From contig JBKAGE010000012.1 in assembly GCA_046290225.1 (NCBI GenBank), forward strand, positions 1 to 47,807: DNA of 47,807 nucleotides, read 5' to 3'. This DNA is from Bradymonadia bacterium (GTDB lineage Bacteria; Myxococcota_A; Bradymonadia; UBA7976; UBA1532). Shown here piece after piece: positions 8,626 to 18,710 of the stretch; the stretch's first letter is position 1; each line of letters opens with the position of its first letter. Under the pieces are notes generated by a model. That model saw only the letters and a program-made list of their open reading frames with translations. It was not told where the DNA came from and did not search any database. The position numbers and the translations under genes are program-made.

Positions 8626-11559
8626 ATGAAAAATCAAAGACTTGTGCCCACCGTGATGGGGGCGTGCCTCCTGAGCCTGGTGACCCTCGGTGTCGCCGAG
8701 GCCAACCCCACCTGGGGCTGGCGTGCCTATCCTAACGGCCCCCGTCAGTCTGATGTCGCCCAGACGCACAGCGCTGGAGACGTCGGCGCGGTGAACGAGG
8801 TGGGGGTGGGCCTGTCGAAGGGCTGGATGCTCGTGGCCCCCGCTGCAGGCCTCGACGAGGCCAGGGTGGCCCGTCACATCGAAGAGGCGCTGCTCAAGGA
8901 AAACCCCCAGGCGGTGCTCGTGGAGACCTCGACGCTGCTCGAAGGGCGCATGCGGGTGCACGTGGAAGGCCTCGACGCGCCGGGGCTCTATCGCCTGGCC
9001 ATGGGCCTCGTGAGCCAGGGCCACCTCACCGGCGCGTGGCCGGGCCTCACCCGGGGCTCCGGGGTGGGCTATGTCGACGAGGCCCTGGCGGTGAAGTTCG
9101 TCGACGGGCCGCCGGCCCAGGGCCTCAAGGCCCACGGCGTCACCCTCGTGGAGGAGACCGCGCTGCCCGGTGTCTGGCGGGCTCGGGCCGATGACCAGGA
9201 CGCCATCGGCGCCTCCTGGCGGCTCACGGGTCTGCCCGGCGTGGCTTGGGCCACCCCCGATCTGATCCGCCACGTGGAGCCTTACGCCCTCACCGACGAT
9301 CCGCAGATCAATGATCAGTGGCACCTCGAGAACGCGGCGAACACCGGTGACGTGAACGCCGCCGAGGCCTGGGAGACCACCACCGGCAGCCCTGACGTGA
9401 TCATCGCCATCTTCGACACCGGCACCGACATGGATCACCCCGATCTGGTGGAGAACATCGTCGGTGGCTTCGACGCCATCTCCGGTGACGATGACCCTTC
9501 GGCGGAGTGCAGCAACAGCGAAGACGGCCGTGGCCGAGCGCCGGGTTGTCCCGCGAACGCACCCTACCGCGAGAGCCATGGCACTGCGGTGAGCGGGGTC
9601 TCCGCTGCCCGCGGTGACAACGGTGAGGGCGGCGCGGGTGTGTGTCCGCTGTGCTCGCTTTATCCTGTACGCATCATCGGTGTTGGTGGCGGTCAGCGCT
9701 CCCTGGGCACTGGCGAGGCCTTCCGTCGCGCCGCCGACGCCGGCGCGGCGATCATCAACAACAGTTGGGGGCCCTCCCAGACCCAGTTCTTCCCCCTGGC
9801 CCAGCCAGAGCGGGAGGCGTTCTTCTATGTGACCCGGGAGGCCCGTGACGGTCTCGGTGTGGCGCTGGTCTTCGCCGCGGGGAACGACTTCTTCACCCCC
9901 GCAGGGGCGAACCCCTATGCCGCCTTCCCCGAGGTGATCACGGTCTCGGCTTCGAGCCGCAACGACGACTTCGCCTGCTACAGCAACTACGGCGACGTCA
10001 TCTCCGTGGCGGGCCCCAGCCGGGGCTGTTTTGATGGTGAAGATGGCATCTGGACCACGGACTTCGCCGGCGAAGACGGGTATGCCGGCGGGGACTACAC
10101 CAGCAGCTTCGGCGGCACCAGCGCGGCCTCCCCGGTGGTCTCTGGCGTGGCGGGGCTGGTGCTCTCGGCGAACCCTGATCTCACCGCTCAGCAGGTGCGG
10201 TGGGTGCTCGAGTCCACGGCGGCGAAGATCACCGCGGACAAAAACCCCTGGGAGCGCCTCGTGGGGCAGGATCTCGCCGAGTTCTTCGCCTATGACGAGC
10301 AGGGCTTCAGCCGGGGCTTCGGCTATGGCCGGGTCGACGCCGCTGGAGCGGTGCTGCTCGCGGCGCAGATCGCCGAATCTGAGGTGCCGGTGATGGCGGG
10401 GGCGTGCACCGACGACTGCGTCGAGTGCATCGACAACCGCTGCGCCACGGCCTGTGAGACCGACGCGGACTGCCCCGGCGCCTGGCGCTGCCTCGAAGGG
10501 GACGAGACCAACACCCTGGTCTGTCGCCGCCCGCCCATCGCCCCCGACGCAATCGGTGAGGCCTGCAGCGCCGACTGCGAGAACTGCCTGCCCACCTTCG
10601 ACAGCAACTTCGATCTCGTCGACGTGTGCACCGCCACCTGTGAAGACGACGAGGGCTGCCCCTTCGGCTTCGACTGTCGCCTCGTGGAAGACGGCGAGCG
10701 CCTTTGCGTGCCGGGGAACGCCGAGTGCGGCACCCTCTGGGGTGAGGAGCGTTGCCAGAGCAGCGTGCGGGTGGTGGACGGCGGTACGAGCTACTGCTCG
10801 TGCAGCTGCCAGCCCGGGAGCCCCGGCGCCTGCCCCGAGGGCTTCATGTGCTCCAGCGTGATCTGCGAAGCGGGCCGCAACAGCATCCTGTGCGAGGCCA
10901 CGAGCGGTCAGGGGAACTACTTCCCGAGCTGTGTGCCCGACCCGAACTACAACCCCACCTGCGAAGCGCACACGGATTGTCCTGGGGGCCTGTTCTGCGT
11001 CGACGGCGAGTGCCAGATCGATCCGCACCCTCAGGGCTGTGTGATCTGTGCCCCCTGCCAGCGGACTCAGGACTGTGGCGCGGGGTACCAGTGCGTACGC
11101 ACGGCCCGCGGCAGCCGCTGCCTGTCACCCTGTGAAGGCGAAGAAGACGCGAGCTGCCCTGGCGACTCGGTGTGCGGTCAGATCCCCGGCACGGGCGACT
11201 TCTGCATGAACCCCGAGTGGCTGCGCAAAGGGGTGTGCCCGCCGGCCTATCGCTGTGCCCTCGAGGGTCGCTGCTTCGAGCCCGAGGACTGCCCGGACGG
11301 GGTGTCCTGCTCTGGTGGCTTCTGCGACTACCCCGAGGTGCCTGACGCCGCGCTGCCAGAGCCTGACGCAGAGCTGCCCGATGCCATGGTGATGGAGGAG
11401 GCGGACGCCGAGGCCCCCGATGCTGGCTCGCTCTTCCCAGATGCGGGCGGTGAGCGCGCTCGATCCAGCGGCGGTGGCTGTGAAGCGGTGGGCGGTCAGA
11501 CGTCTCTGGGGTGGATGATGCTGATGCTCGGGCTGGGGTGGGTGCGACGCAGGCGCTGA
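8626..11559 (+). CDS. Secreted subtilisin-like S8 serine peptidase with Cys-rich C-terminal region and MYXO-CTERM-like anchor
   Basis: Signal peptide; triad motifs FDTG, SHGTAVSG, GGTSAASP; oxyanion AAGN; C-terminal GGGC + hydrophobic helix + RRRR. Confidence 0.9.
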   Translation: MKNQRLVPTVMGACLLSLVTLGVAEANPTWGWRAYPNGPRQSDVAQTHSAGDVGAVNEVGVGLSKGWMLVAPAAGLDEARVARHIEEALLKENPQAVLVETSTLLEGRMRVHVEGLDAPGLYRLAMGLVSQGHLTGAWPGLTRGSGVGYVDEALAVKFVDGPPAQGLKAHGVTLVEETALPGVWRARADDQDAIGASWRLTGLPGVAWATPDLIRHVEPYALTDDPQINDQWHLENAANTGDVNAAEAWETTTGSPDVIIAIFDTGTDMDHPDLVENIVGGFDAISGDDDPSAECSNSEDGRGRAPGCPANAPYRESHGTAVSGVSAARGDNGEGGAGVCPLCSLYPVRIIGVGGGQRSLGTGEAFRRAADAGAAIINNSWGPSQTQFFPLAQPEREAFFYVTREARDGLGVALVFAAGNDFFTPAGANPYAAFPEVITVSASSRNDDFACYSNYGDVISVAGPSRGCFDGEDGIWTTDFAGEDGYAGGDYTSSFGGTSAASPVVSGVAGLVLSANPDLTAQQVRWVLESTAAKITADKNPWERLVGQDLAEFFAYDEQGFSRGFGYGRVDAAGAVLLAAQIAESEVPVMAGACTDDCVECIDNRCATACETDADCPGAWRCLEGDETNTLVCRRPPIAPDAIGEACSADCENCLPTFDSNFDLVDVCTATCEDDEGCPFGFDCRLVEDGERLCVPGNAECGTLWGEERCQSSVRVVDGGTSYCSCSCQPGSPGACPEGFMCSSVICEAGRNSILCEATSGQGNYFPSCVPDPNYNPTCEAHTDCPGGLFCVDGECQIDPHPQGCVICAPCQRTQDCGAGYQCVRTARGSRCLSPCEGEEDASCPGDSVCGQIPGTGDFCMNPEWLRKGVCPPAYRCALEGRCFEPEDCPDGVSCSGGFCDYPEVPDAALPEPDAELPDAMVMEEADAEAPDAGSLFPDAGGERARSSGGGCEAVGGQTSLGWMMLMLGLGWVRRRR

Positions 11560-11574
11560 GGACGGATCCTGCCG

Positions 11575-11599
11575 CGTTCCGCTGCAAAGCAGCGGAGCG
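11575..11599. terminator. Hairpin between convergent genes (putative bidirectional terminator)
   Basis: CGTTCCGCTGC-AAA-GCAGCGGAGCG. Confidence 0.55.
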
Positions 11600-12748
11600 T
11601 CAGCTCGGATCAGGCTTGGGCGTGGCGTCAGTGCTCTCCGGCAGCGGCGGCTCGGTGATGTAATCCGTCGGCAGCGGCCCGGTGAGGGCGCCAAGGAACA
11701 CCACGATGGACTGCGTGTCAGCGTCGCTGAGCTTCTTCCCGAGCTGGTGCTTCGCCATCAGCTTCACGGCGTTGGCCAGATCAGGCTCCGAGCCGTCGTG
11801 GAAGTAAGGCCCCGTCCGGTCGATGTTCCGCAGGCTGGGCACCTTGAACATCATCTTGTCGGCGTCGCTCTTCGTGACGTCGAAGCGGCCCTGATCTTTC
11901 TGGTTGGGCCACGGCTCCACGAGACCCACCTTCTGGTACAGGTTGCCGCCCAGGTAGGCGCCGTTGTGGCATGCCGTGCAGCCCGTCTCCATGAACTTGG
12001 CCAGGCCTGCCTTCTGGGCGTCGTTGAGGGCGTTGTCGTCACCAGCGAGGTACTTGTCCCAGGGGCCAGGAGTCACCAGCTTGCGCTCGAAGGCACCCAC
12101 GGCCCTGGCGAAGTTGTCGTAGGTCACCGGATCAGCCTCCTCGGGGAAGGCGGCCTTGAAGGCGTCGACGTACTTGGGCATCGACTTCAAGGTGGTGATT
12201 ACCACCTCCTCAGAGGGCATGGCCATCTCGACGGGGTTGAGCACCGGGCCCTTGGCCTGGGCCTCGACATCCTGAGCGCGCCCGTCCCAGAACTGAGCGA
12301 GGTGGCCCCCGGCGTTGTAGACGGTGGGGGAGTTGCGGCCTCCGAGCTGGCCCTTGTGGCCAGGGCTCGTGGGCTTGTTGTCCACACCGTACTTGTCGAG
12401 CTGGTGGCAGCTGTTGCACGCGATGTCATGGTTCTTCGACAAGCGCTTGTCGAAGTAGAGCATGCGGCCGAGGCTGATCTTCTCCTCGGTGATGGCATTG
12501 TTTGCCGAGGGCATGTCTGTGGGCAACTGCGCGAAGATCGAGAGCTGCCCGCGATCGATGCCTGCAGGCTTCGCCTCTGCGGGCTTGGGCGCAGGCGTCT
12601 TCGAGTCGGCCTTGGGCGCCTCTTTTTGCTGACCCGCTGTTGCTTTGGTATCGGCACCCTCTTTTTTGGGATCGTCTTTCTTGCCGCAGGCGGTGAGCGC
12701 GAGGCTCAGAGTGGCGGCGGCGAGGGCGGCTGATTTCAGCGTGTGCAT
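11600..12748 (-). CDS. Di-heme cytochrome c peroxidase (CcpA/MauG family), lipoprotein
   Basis: Lipobox LTAC; LGRMLYFDKRLS, CNSCH, RNSPTVYN, QFWDGRA, CTACH, FKVPSLRN, PYFHDG. Confidence 0.92.
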   Translation of the reverse strand: MHTLKSAALAAATLSLALTACGKKDDPKKEGADTKATAGQQKEAPKADSKTPAPKPAEAKPAGIDRGQLSIFAQLPTDMPSANNAITEEKISLGRMLYFDKRLSKNHDIACNSCHQLDKYGVDNKPTSPGHKGQLGGRNSPTVYNAGGHLAQFWDGRAQDVEAQAKGPVLNPVEMAMPSEEVVITTLKSMPKYVDAFKAAFPEEADPVTYDNFARAVGAFERKLVTPGPWDKYLAGDDNALNDAQKAGLAKFMETGCTACHNGAYLGGNLYQKVGLVEPWPNQKDQGRFDVTKSDADKMMFKVPSLRNIDRTGPYFHDGSEPDLANAVKLMAKHQLGKKLSDADTQSIVVFLGALTGPLPTDYITEPPLPESTDATPKPDPS

Positions 12749-12840
12749 GGGCGTCTCACTGTCTCCCGTTCTGCATTCTAGATAAACGAGTACAGTCAAA
12801 GTCGCCAGTCTGGCGTCAGTTCGTTGTGTGAGGCAATGAA

Positions 12841-13095
12841 CTAGATGCCTTCGCGGGCCTTGTCGATGGCCTGGTTGCGGGTGTGGGCCCCTCGCAGGGT
12901 GCTCGCGAGATGCCTGATGAGGCGCACCGCTTCGCGATCGTCGGTGTTCCAGCTGGGGCGGCTGGGGTGGCTCTTGAGCAAGTGGGCCACACGCTCCAGA
13001 GACCAGATCAGGTGGGGGTGGGCTTCGAGCTGTAGGGCTTGATGATCGACATCGTCGAAGATCGAGCGGATGCCATCAGGATGCTGATCACTCAT
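12841..13095 (-). CDS. Small hypothetical protein (84 aa)
   Basis: Start overlaps the stop of the upstream peptidase gene; typical GC3 codon use; no motif recognised. Confidence 0.55.
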   Translation of the reverse strand: MSDQHPDGIRSIFDDVDHQALQLEAHPHLIWSLERVAHLLKSHPSRPSWNTDDREAVRLIRHLASTLRGAHTRNQAIDKAREGI

Positions 13096-14125
13096 CGTCT
13101 ATGTCGTCCTTTGCTCCGTCGTGATCCACCACCGCCTGCACGATGGTCTCCATCACCTTGCCCCAGTGGGCTGCCACCTCGTCGTCGAAGCGGGTCACAT
13201 GGGGCAGGTGCACAAAGCCTGCTTTGATATGTGTGTCTGCGACGAGGCCGGTCACCACATAGAACACGTTGTTGCAGATGTAGCGACCTGGATCTGTGCT
13301 GTAGAGGCAGGGCTCGTCGATGCCCTCGAGAGCCTCGGCAATGGCAGCGAGAGGCAGTGTTGTCGCCCGTGTTGCAGGGCCTTCAGGATCGATGGGTTGC
13401 CCTGAAGCGGCGACGCCCCGGTTGTCTGCTGTATGGCTGCGGGTGTGCTTGAGGTTGTACGCGATCTGCTCCAGGGCCAGAGGGCCACTGCCCTGACCGA
13501 AGTTGATGACCACGTCGGGCCGACAGCGCTCGAGCATCTCGGTGACCAGCGCTGCGGCGTGGTCGTACTCCACCGGGAGCACCGCCCGCATCAGCTGTGC
13601 GCCGACGAGGACCTCCGGGCGGATGGCCAGTACACCCACAGAGGAGACGTTGTCGTGGCTCGCCCGGGCAGGGAAGGGGGCGAACCCGGTGACGAGCACG
13701 CGTACGGGGGCCTCTGGATCACCTTCATAGTGACAGGGCGTCACGGCTCGGCGGATCTCCATCCGGGCCATCTCGTGATTCAGCTCCGCGGCGAGCTCAT
13801 GGGGCACATGGGGATCTGTGCGCATGCCACCAGAGCGCTCGAAGAGCCACAGTAGCCGGGCCACCGAGAATTCGAGTACCTGACGATGCTGGTTCTTTAC
13901 GAGGGTGCCCGGTGCTGGAGGCTCGAAACCTGCGTCGTCATCGAAGCTGGTGTGCCCGAGCAATGCCTCGACGCCGCCGCTCAGGTTGACGCCATCGAGG
14001 GTGAGGGTGGGGCGTGCGTCGCCGATGGGCCACTCCACTGTGACGACGCCGTCGTCACCGAGGATCTTCGAGCCCGGCCCCAGGACCAGGTGGGTGTGAT
14101 CGGGCAACTGCTCCACATCGTCCAT
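13088..14125 (-). CDS. Pyroglutamyl-peptidase I (C15) with N-terminal extension
   Basis: VLVTGFAPF, LPVEY, LEQIAYN (Glu), DPGRYICN (Cys), GFVHLP (His); start may be TTG 14131. Confidence 0.85.
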   Translation of the reverse strand: MDDVEQLPDHTHLVLGPGSKILGDDGVVTVEWPIGDARPTLTLDGVNLSGGVEALLGHTSFDDDAGFEPPAPGTLVKNQHRQVLEFSVARLLWLFERSGGMRTDPHVPHELAAELNHEMARMEIRRAVTPCHYEGDPEAPVRVLVTGFAPFPARASHDNVSSVGVLAIRPEVLVGAQLMRAVLPVEYDHAAALVTEMLERCRPDVVINFGQGSGPLALEQIAYNLKHTRSHTADNRGVAASGQPIDPEGPATRATTLPLAAIAEALEGIDEPCLYSTDPGRYICNNVFYVVTGLVADTHIKAGFVHLPHVTRFDDEVAAHWGKVMETIVQAVVDHDGAKDDIDDE

Positions 14126-14247
14126 GTTCAACCAGGCCTCTCTGGCGAGCTCCAGGTCTCACCGAGCGCCACCCTGCCACCCCAAAGGGATGCGGGTCCA
14201 GCGGTTGGCATTGTGCTGTGAGGTCGAAGTGAGGCCAATGGCCCCGG

Positions 14248-15375
14248 TCATGGGCGGGCCGATGGCCTCAGCAGTGACTCGCTGATGGCAGTGAGCGCCT
14301 TCAGATCGTGGGCGTCGAGGCCCAGGTGGGGGACTGGTCTCACACGATCGGCGCCCACCGCCTGACCCAACACCTCGCAGATCTGCGCGTCGGCTTCGGC
14401 GCGGGCACGTTGATCTGCTTGAAAAGCCTCGAGGTCCGAGAGCAGCGCTGCCACGTCGTCGGCATCTGCTGGTGGCAGGGCTGTGGCCAGATCGGTGAGA
14501 TCGCCTGGGGGCGGGTACGGGCGGGTGCGGTTCACGACGAAGCCTACTGCTTGCTGGTCGAGGGGGCGCAGCGCCTCTTCAAAGGCCCGGGCTTCGTCCA
14601 CCCGTCGAGGCTCGGGGCGGGTCACCAGCAGAAAGCGGGTCTCGTGGGACTTCAACAGCCCCATCACCGCCTCACCGTGATCGTGCAAGGGCTGCAGTAC
14701 GGGCTCCGCTGCGGCGAAGAAAGTCATCATCTCGTCGACGAAGGGACCGCCGAGCAGCGCCCCCAACATCTTCGAGAGGGCGGCCCCAGGCCGGAAGAGA
14801 CGCCCCGTGCGCTTGGTGGCCGGCAGCAGCCACTTTACGAAGCGGCGGTCGAAGAAGCGGGCCAGCCGCGTCGGGGCGTCGAGGAAGTCGAGGGCGTGGG
14901 TCGCCGGGGGCGTGTCCACCACGATGAGATCGAAGTCGCCGGAGCGGTACAGGGCGTAGAGGCGCTGCACAGCGACGTACTCCTGCATGCCGTGCATCGC
15001 GTCGGCCACCAGACGGTAGAGGCGGTGCTCCGTGAGGCGTTGCGCCGTCTCAGCGTCGGCCACCTCTTCTCCGACGAAGCGAGTGAGGCCTTTCTCGACG
15101 TCGAGCATCATGGCCCAGAGCCCACCGCCTTCGGCGCACTCCACAGGGAGCTGAACCTGCTGAGGCACATCGCTCAGCGCGCCGATCCCCAGGCTGTCGG
15201 CGAGGCGGCGGGCAGGGTCGATGGTCATCACCAGCGTACGGCGGCCTGCGCGGGCTGCGGCGACGGCGAGGGCTGCGGAGACCGTGGTCTTGCCCACCCC
15301 GCCAGGGCCAGCGCAGATGAGCAGGCGGGCCTCGTCGAGGGCCGAGGAGAGCGGATCGCGGACAGGGGCGTTCAC
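14248..15375 (-). CDS. ArsA/GET3-family ATPase (second of a tandem pair)
   Basis: GPGGVGKTT, TIDPARRLA, VDTPP; start overlaps the stop of the partner gene. Confidence 0.88.
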   Translation of the reverse strand: MNAPVRDPLSSALDEARLLICAGPGGVGKTTVSAALAVAAARAGRRTLVMTIDPARRLADSLGIGALSDVPQQVQLPVECAEGGGLWAMMLDVEKGLTRFVGEEVADAETAQRLTEHRLYRLVADAMHGMQEYVAVQRLYALYRSGDFDLIVVDTPPATHALDFLDAPTRLARFFDRRFVKWLLPATKRTGRLFRPGAALSKMLGALLGGPFVDEMMTFFAAAEPVLQPLHDHGEAVMGLLKSHETRFLLVTRPEPRRVDEARAFEEALRPLDQQAVGFVVNRTRPYPPPGDLTDLATALPPADADDVAALLSDLEAFQADQRARAEADAQICEVLGQAVGADRVRPVPHLGLDAHDLKALTAISESLLRPSARP

Positions 15376-16337
15376 GCCAGGGCCTCCAGTGCCGGGGTCC
15401 AGGTGGCGGCGAGATCGTCGAGGTGGGGCAGCAACGCTCGAAGGCGCGCATGCTCCGAAGAGGCCGGGCGCCAGGGCAACGTGATCAGAGGCACGGTGCC
15501 CAGGCCATGGCCGAGTCGATCTCGCTGCGCCGACTCGGACTGTGCCCGGAGCAGGCCCTGAGCGACGAGGCGCTGATGGGCCTGCTGAGCGGGCGTGAGA
15601 TCTTCGGCGCTCAACACACGGTCGAGCAACCCGTGCAGCGCTGGGCGCACAGGGGGGGCGTGCAGTTGATTCAAGACCACCATCGCCGGGTGTACCCCGA
15701 GGCGGGTCTCGGCCTTCTCGAAGAGCTCGAGGGTCTCGTTCACTGGCATCTCTTCCGGCAGAGTCACCAGCAACATGGCGCTCTGGCGTCGATCAGTGAG
15801 CATGCGCTGCAGTCGGTGGGCGCGATCGACCACTGAGCCCCGACCGATGGCCTCAGCGAGGGCTCTGGGGGCGTCGAGCAGGGAGAGGGCGTGGCCGGTG
15901 GCCGGCAGATCGACGATGATCTGATCCCACTGGCCGCTGTCCACGTGCTCCGCCACCGCCTCGAGGGCCGAGAAGCCTCGGGCGCCGGGGGCGGTGCTCA
16001 GAAAGCGCTTGAAGGCCCGGTTGTCGAGCAGGCGCCGTGCGAGCCGTGGGGTGGGCAGCAGCCTGGCAACGGCCTCGACGATGGCGCGCTCGATGTCGAG
16101 GTGCAGGCCATCGAGGCCTGGCCGGATCGCCGTGGGCGTGTGGACCAGGGGATCTCGTGCTTGAAGGAGCGGCCCCAGAGCTTCGGTGACCTCCATCCCG
16201 CACACCAGCGTCCGGCGGCCCGCGGCGCAGGCGCGCTCTGCGAGCAGGGCGCAGAGAGTGGTCTTGCCCACGCCGCCCTTGCCGGTGACGAAGATCACCG
16301 GGGGCAAGGTCGTAGGGTTGAGAGTGAACGGGGGCAC
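15372..16337 (-). CDS. ArsA/GET3-family ATPase (first of a tandem pair)
   Basis: AAGGAG RBS 5 nt before GTG 16337; GKGGVGKTT, VDLPATGH, VTLPEEMPVNET. Confidence 0.88.
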   Translation of the reverse strand: MPPFTLNPTTLPPVIFVTGKGGVGKTTLCALLAERACAAGRRTLVCGMEVTEALGPLLQARDPLVHTPTAIRPGLDGLHLDIERAIVEAVARLLPTPRLARRLLDNRAFKRFLSTAPGARGFSALEAVAEHVDSGQWDQIIVDLPATGHALSLLDAPRALAEAIGRGSVVDRAHRLQRMLTDRRQSAMLLVTLPEEMPVNETLELFEKAETRLGVHPAMVVLNQLHAPPVRPALHGLLDRVLSAEDLTPAQQAHQRLVAQGLLRAQSESAQRDRLGHGLGTVPLITLPWRPASSEHARLRALLPHLDDLAATWTPALEALA

Positions 16338-16453
16338 AGAGGCTCCTTGAGCGATGTCGGGCACCCATCGATCACGGTGCCTGAGAAGTGAACCTTGAAC
16401 GGTGGCCTCAACATGCCCACCATCAGAGTTGTTTACATGATCAGAGGACGCTC

Positions 16454-17476
16454 GTGAGGCGGAACAGTTGCTGGTGGGTGTGGTGTGTACTGGCCTGGGG
16501 TTGTGAAGATACGACCCGGGTTGTGACAGATGCGCAGCTCGGCGAAAACCCCCCTGTGTGCGACGAGGACTGCGATGCCGCGCTGTTCGACGCCTCTGGG
16601 GGCCCGGTGGACATGGGTTTTTCCAGGGACGCTGATGTCGACACTCCAGAAGATGCTGGGGGGTCAGAAGACGCAGAGATGTTCGACGCGGCCTTGATGA
16701 TGCCCGACGCCAAAGCGCCTCCGGCACCCTGGCCCGGGCCCTGCGAGATCCTCGAAACTGGCCCCCATCTCGGCGAGGGGGTGCAGCATCGGTGGAGATT
16801 CCAGTACGCAGACGCATTGCTGGTGGAGACCACCCTCGATCTCTATGACGATGGTGATCCCGACTACCGCCAACTGCAGAGCTGGCGGCCTGATGGCCAG
16901 CTGTTGGAGATCGTCACCGACTTCAGCGCCGACGACCGCCCCGATTTTCGTGCTACCCGCGTGTACGACGACGATCTGCACGTGCGCACCGACATCGCTT
17001 CTTCTGGTGAGGAGACCGACACTCGGGAGACGTGGTGGTACAACCCCGTAGAGCCCGTGGCTCGCCTCGTTCGGGTGGAGACCGATCGAGGCCTCGATGG
17101 GCGCATCGACGAGACCCTCACCCTCGAATACGATCTCGCCGGTCGCGTGAGCCTTCGCCGGTGGGTGGTCCGTGGAGATCCTGAGCTGAGACGCTCCGAG
17201 GCGTATATTTACGACCGTCAGAGTCGCCTCATCCGCATCAACGAAGACGTAGAAGACGACGGCGAGGTCGATCGCTGGACGATCTGGCGCTATGACGAGG
17301 GCCTCCGTGTACCCAACCGACGCTCGGTGGACACCGACGGGGATGGCATCATCGATCACGAAGAGCGCTGGTGGCGTGACGCCTCGGGCAACATCATCAC
17401 TCGAGAGGAAGATCGCAGAGACAACGGCCAGATCGATCTGATCGCCACCTACGACTACAGCTGCTGGATGGAGTGA
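16454..17476 (+). CDS. Hypothetical lipoprotein with YD/DxDxDG-type beta-hairpin repeats
   Basis: AGAGGA RBS before GTG 16454; lipobox AWGC; repeats such as DRGLDGRID, DVEDDGEVD, DTDGDGIID, YDLAGR, YDRQSR. Confidence 0.7.
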   Translation: MRRNSCWWVWCVLAWGCEDTTRVVTDAQLGENPPVCDEDCDAALFDASGGPVDMGFSRDADVDTPEDAGGSEDAEMFDAALMMPDAKAPPAPWPGPCEILETGPHLGEGVQHRWRFQYADALLVETTLDLYDDGDPDYRQLQSWRPDGQLLEIVTDFSADDRPDFRATRVYDDDLHVRTDIASSGEETDTRETWWYNPVEPVARLVRVETDRGLDGRIDETLTLEYDLAGRVSLRRWVVRGDPELRRSEAYIYDRQSRLIRINEDVEDDGEVDRWTIWRYDEGLRVPNRRSVDTDGDGIIDHEERWWRDASGNIITREEDRRDNGQIDLIATYDYSCWME

Positions 17477-17487
17477 GGGCCGAGGGC

Positions 17488-18441
17488 TCAGATGCCCCGG
17501 GCGATTTTGCCGAGGATGCTCCGGAGCTTCACCTGATCGAGGCCCACCACCGTGGCGCCTCGACTCTCGAAGTCTTCACGCAGAGGCTCTGCGGCGCGAC
17601 CGCCCACCATCCACGGTCGCCCCTTGCAGGCTTTGGCGTACTGGTCGAGTGTTGCCGGCAGGTCGCTCACCTGAGGGGGCATGGTGAGTGACAGGCCCAC
17701 GATGTCGGGATCGAGGTTGGTGACGGCTTCGGCAAGGGCGTCCGGCGGGGTGCGAGCCCCCATGACCACCGTGCGGAACCCCCACTCCACGAAGTAGAGC
17801 GCCGAGCCATAGAGCGGGAGTACGTGCTGCTCGTCGTCGAAGCAGGCCAGCAACGCGAGACGCTCATCAGAAGAGGGCTGCATCAGCTTGAGCAGGTCGC
17901 GGGCCACCCCGGTGAGGTGCTCCGAGGCGAGGTGCTCGTGGGCGACGGAGATGCGCCCTGCATGCCAGCGGTTCCCCACTTCGCGTTGAGCAGGGGCGAA
18001 GACGTATTCGAAGACCGAGCGGGCAGGCCCGAGGCACAGCGCATGGCGCGTGGCCTCGGCGAGGCCCTGCGGGTCAAAGGCTTCGACTGCGGTCAGGATG
18101 CGGTCGACGGCGACGCTCCAGGGTGTGCGCAGCGAAGGGTCGAGGCCGGTGGGTGGTGGAGGTGTTGTGGCCGGCGGCTCGACAATCACCTCTTCGGCCC
18201 TCTGTTTGATGAGGCGAGCGGCCTCAGAGGGCGAAACACCTTGATCACAGAGATCGCGCATGCGACGCAGCGTCTCGACATCGTGATCGCTGTAGAGCCG
18301 GTACTGACCCGGGCTGCGGTCTGGCGAGGGAATGCCGTAACGCCGCTCCCACGCACGGAGCGTGGGCGAGGGGATGCCGGTCATCTCGGAGACGACTCGA
18401 ATGCGGTATCGCCCGCGGCGTGTGGCGTCATTGGTGTTCAC
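17488..18441 (-). CDS. carH: CarH/CarA (LitR)-type MerR-family cobalamin-dependent photoreceptor/repressor
   Basis: MerR HTH with LRAWERRY; W-x9-EH motif (WHAGRISVAHEH); B12 motif EQHVLP-x41-SLT-x26-GG; divergent from crt genes. Confidence 0.88.
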   Translation of the reverse strand: MNTNDATRRGRYRIRVVSEMTGIPSPTLRAWERRYGIPSPDRSPGQYRLYSDHDVETLRRMRDLCDQGVSPSEAARLIKQRAEEVIVEPPATTPPPPTGLDPSLRTPWSVAVDRILTAVEAFDPQGLAEATRHALCLGPARSVFEYVFAPAQREVGNRWHAGRISVAHEHLASEHLTGVARDLLKLMQPSSDERLALLACFDDEQHVLPLYGSALYFVEWGFRTVVMGARTPPDALAEAVTNLDPDIVGLSLTMPPQVSDLPATLDQYAKACKGRPWMVGGRAAEPLREDFESRGATVVGLDQVKLRSILGKIARGI

Positions 18442-18539
18442 GGTTCTCGAACTTCTCCAGTGAGCAAGGTGGCAACAACCCCCATAAAAGAGTTGCTACT
18501 GCTACATGGATGTTCAGAGCGAGAGGTGGTCGCAACGAA

Positions 18540-18710
18540 GCGTTTACAAAGCTTATGAACACGCTTGACGGAATTTAACGTGTTCGGAAACGACTTCACT
18601 GGACCAGGGTCATCCATATTGTGTAGCGACTTCGAAAGCTGCCGTTGTGGGCAACCCCCTGCGCCGGCTCGCTGTACGAACCTTATGCAAGGTTAGACAA
18701 GGACTGTACG
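18540..18710 (+). promoter_or_regulatory. Putative CarH operator repeats in the carH-crtI intergenic region
   Basis: TnnRCR hexamers at ~11-bp spacing: TGTACG 18673, TATGCA 18684, TAGACA 18694, TGTACG 18705; weaker set TTTACA 18543 and TTGACG 18565. Confidence 0.55.

Noticed and set aside
8476..11028. 850-aa minus-strand ORF
   Set aside because: Antisense shadow of the S8 protease; no motifs; long shadow ORFs are expected at this GC content
16338..16817. 160-aa N-terminal extension of the first ArsA-like ORF
   Set aside because: Overlaps the divergent lipoprotein gene; a strong AAGGAG RBS supports GTG 16337
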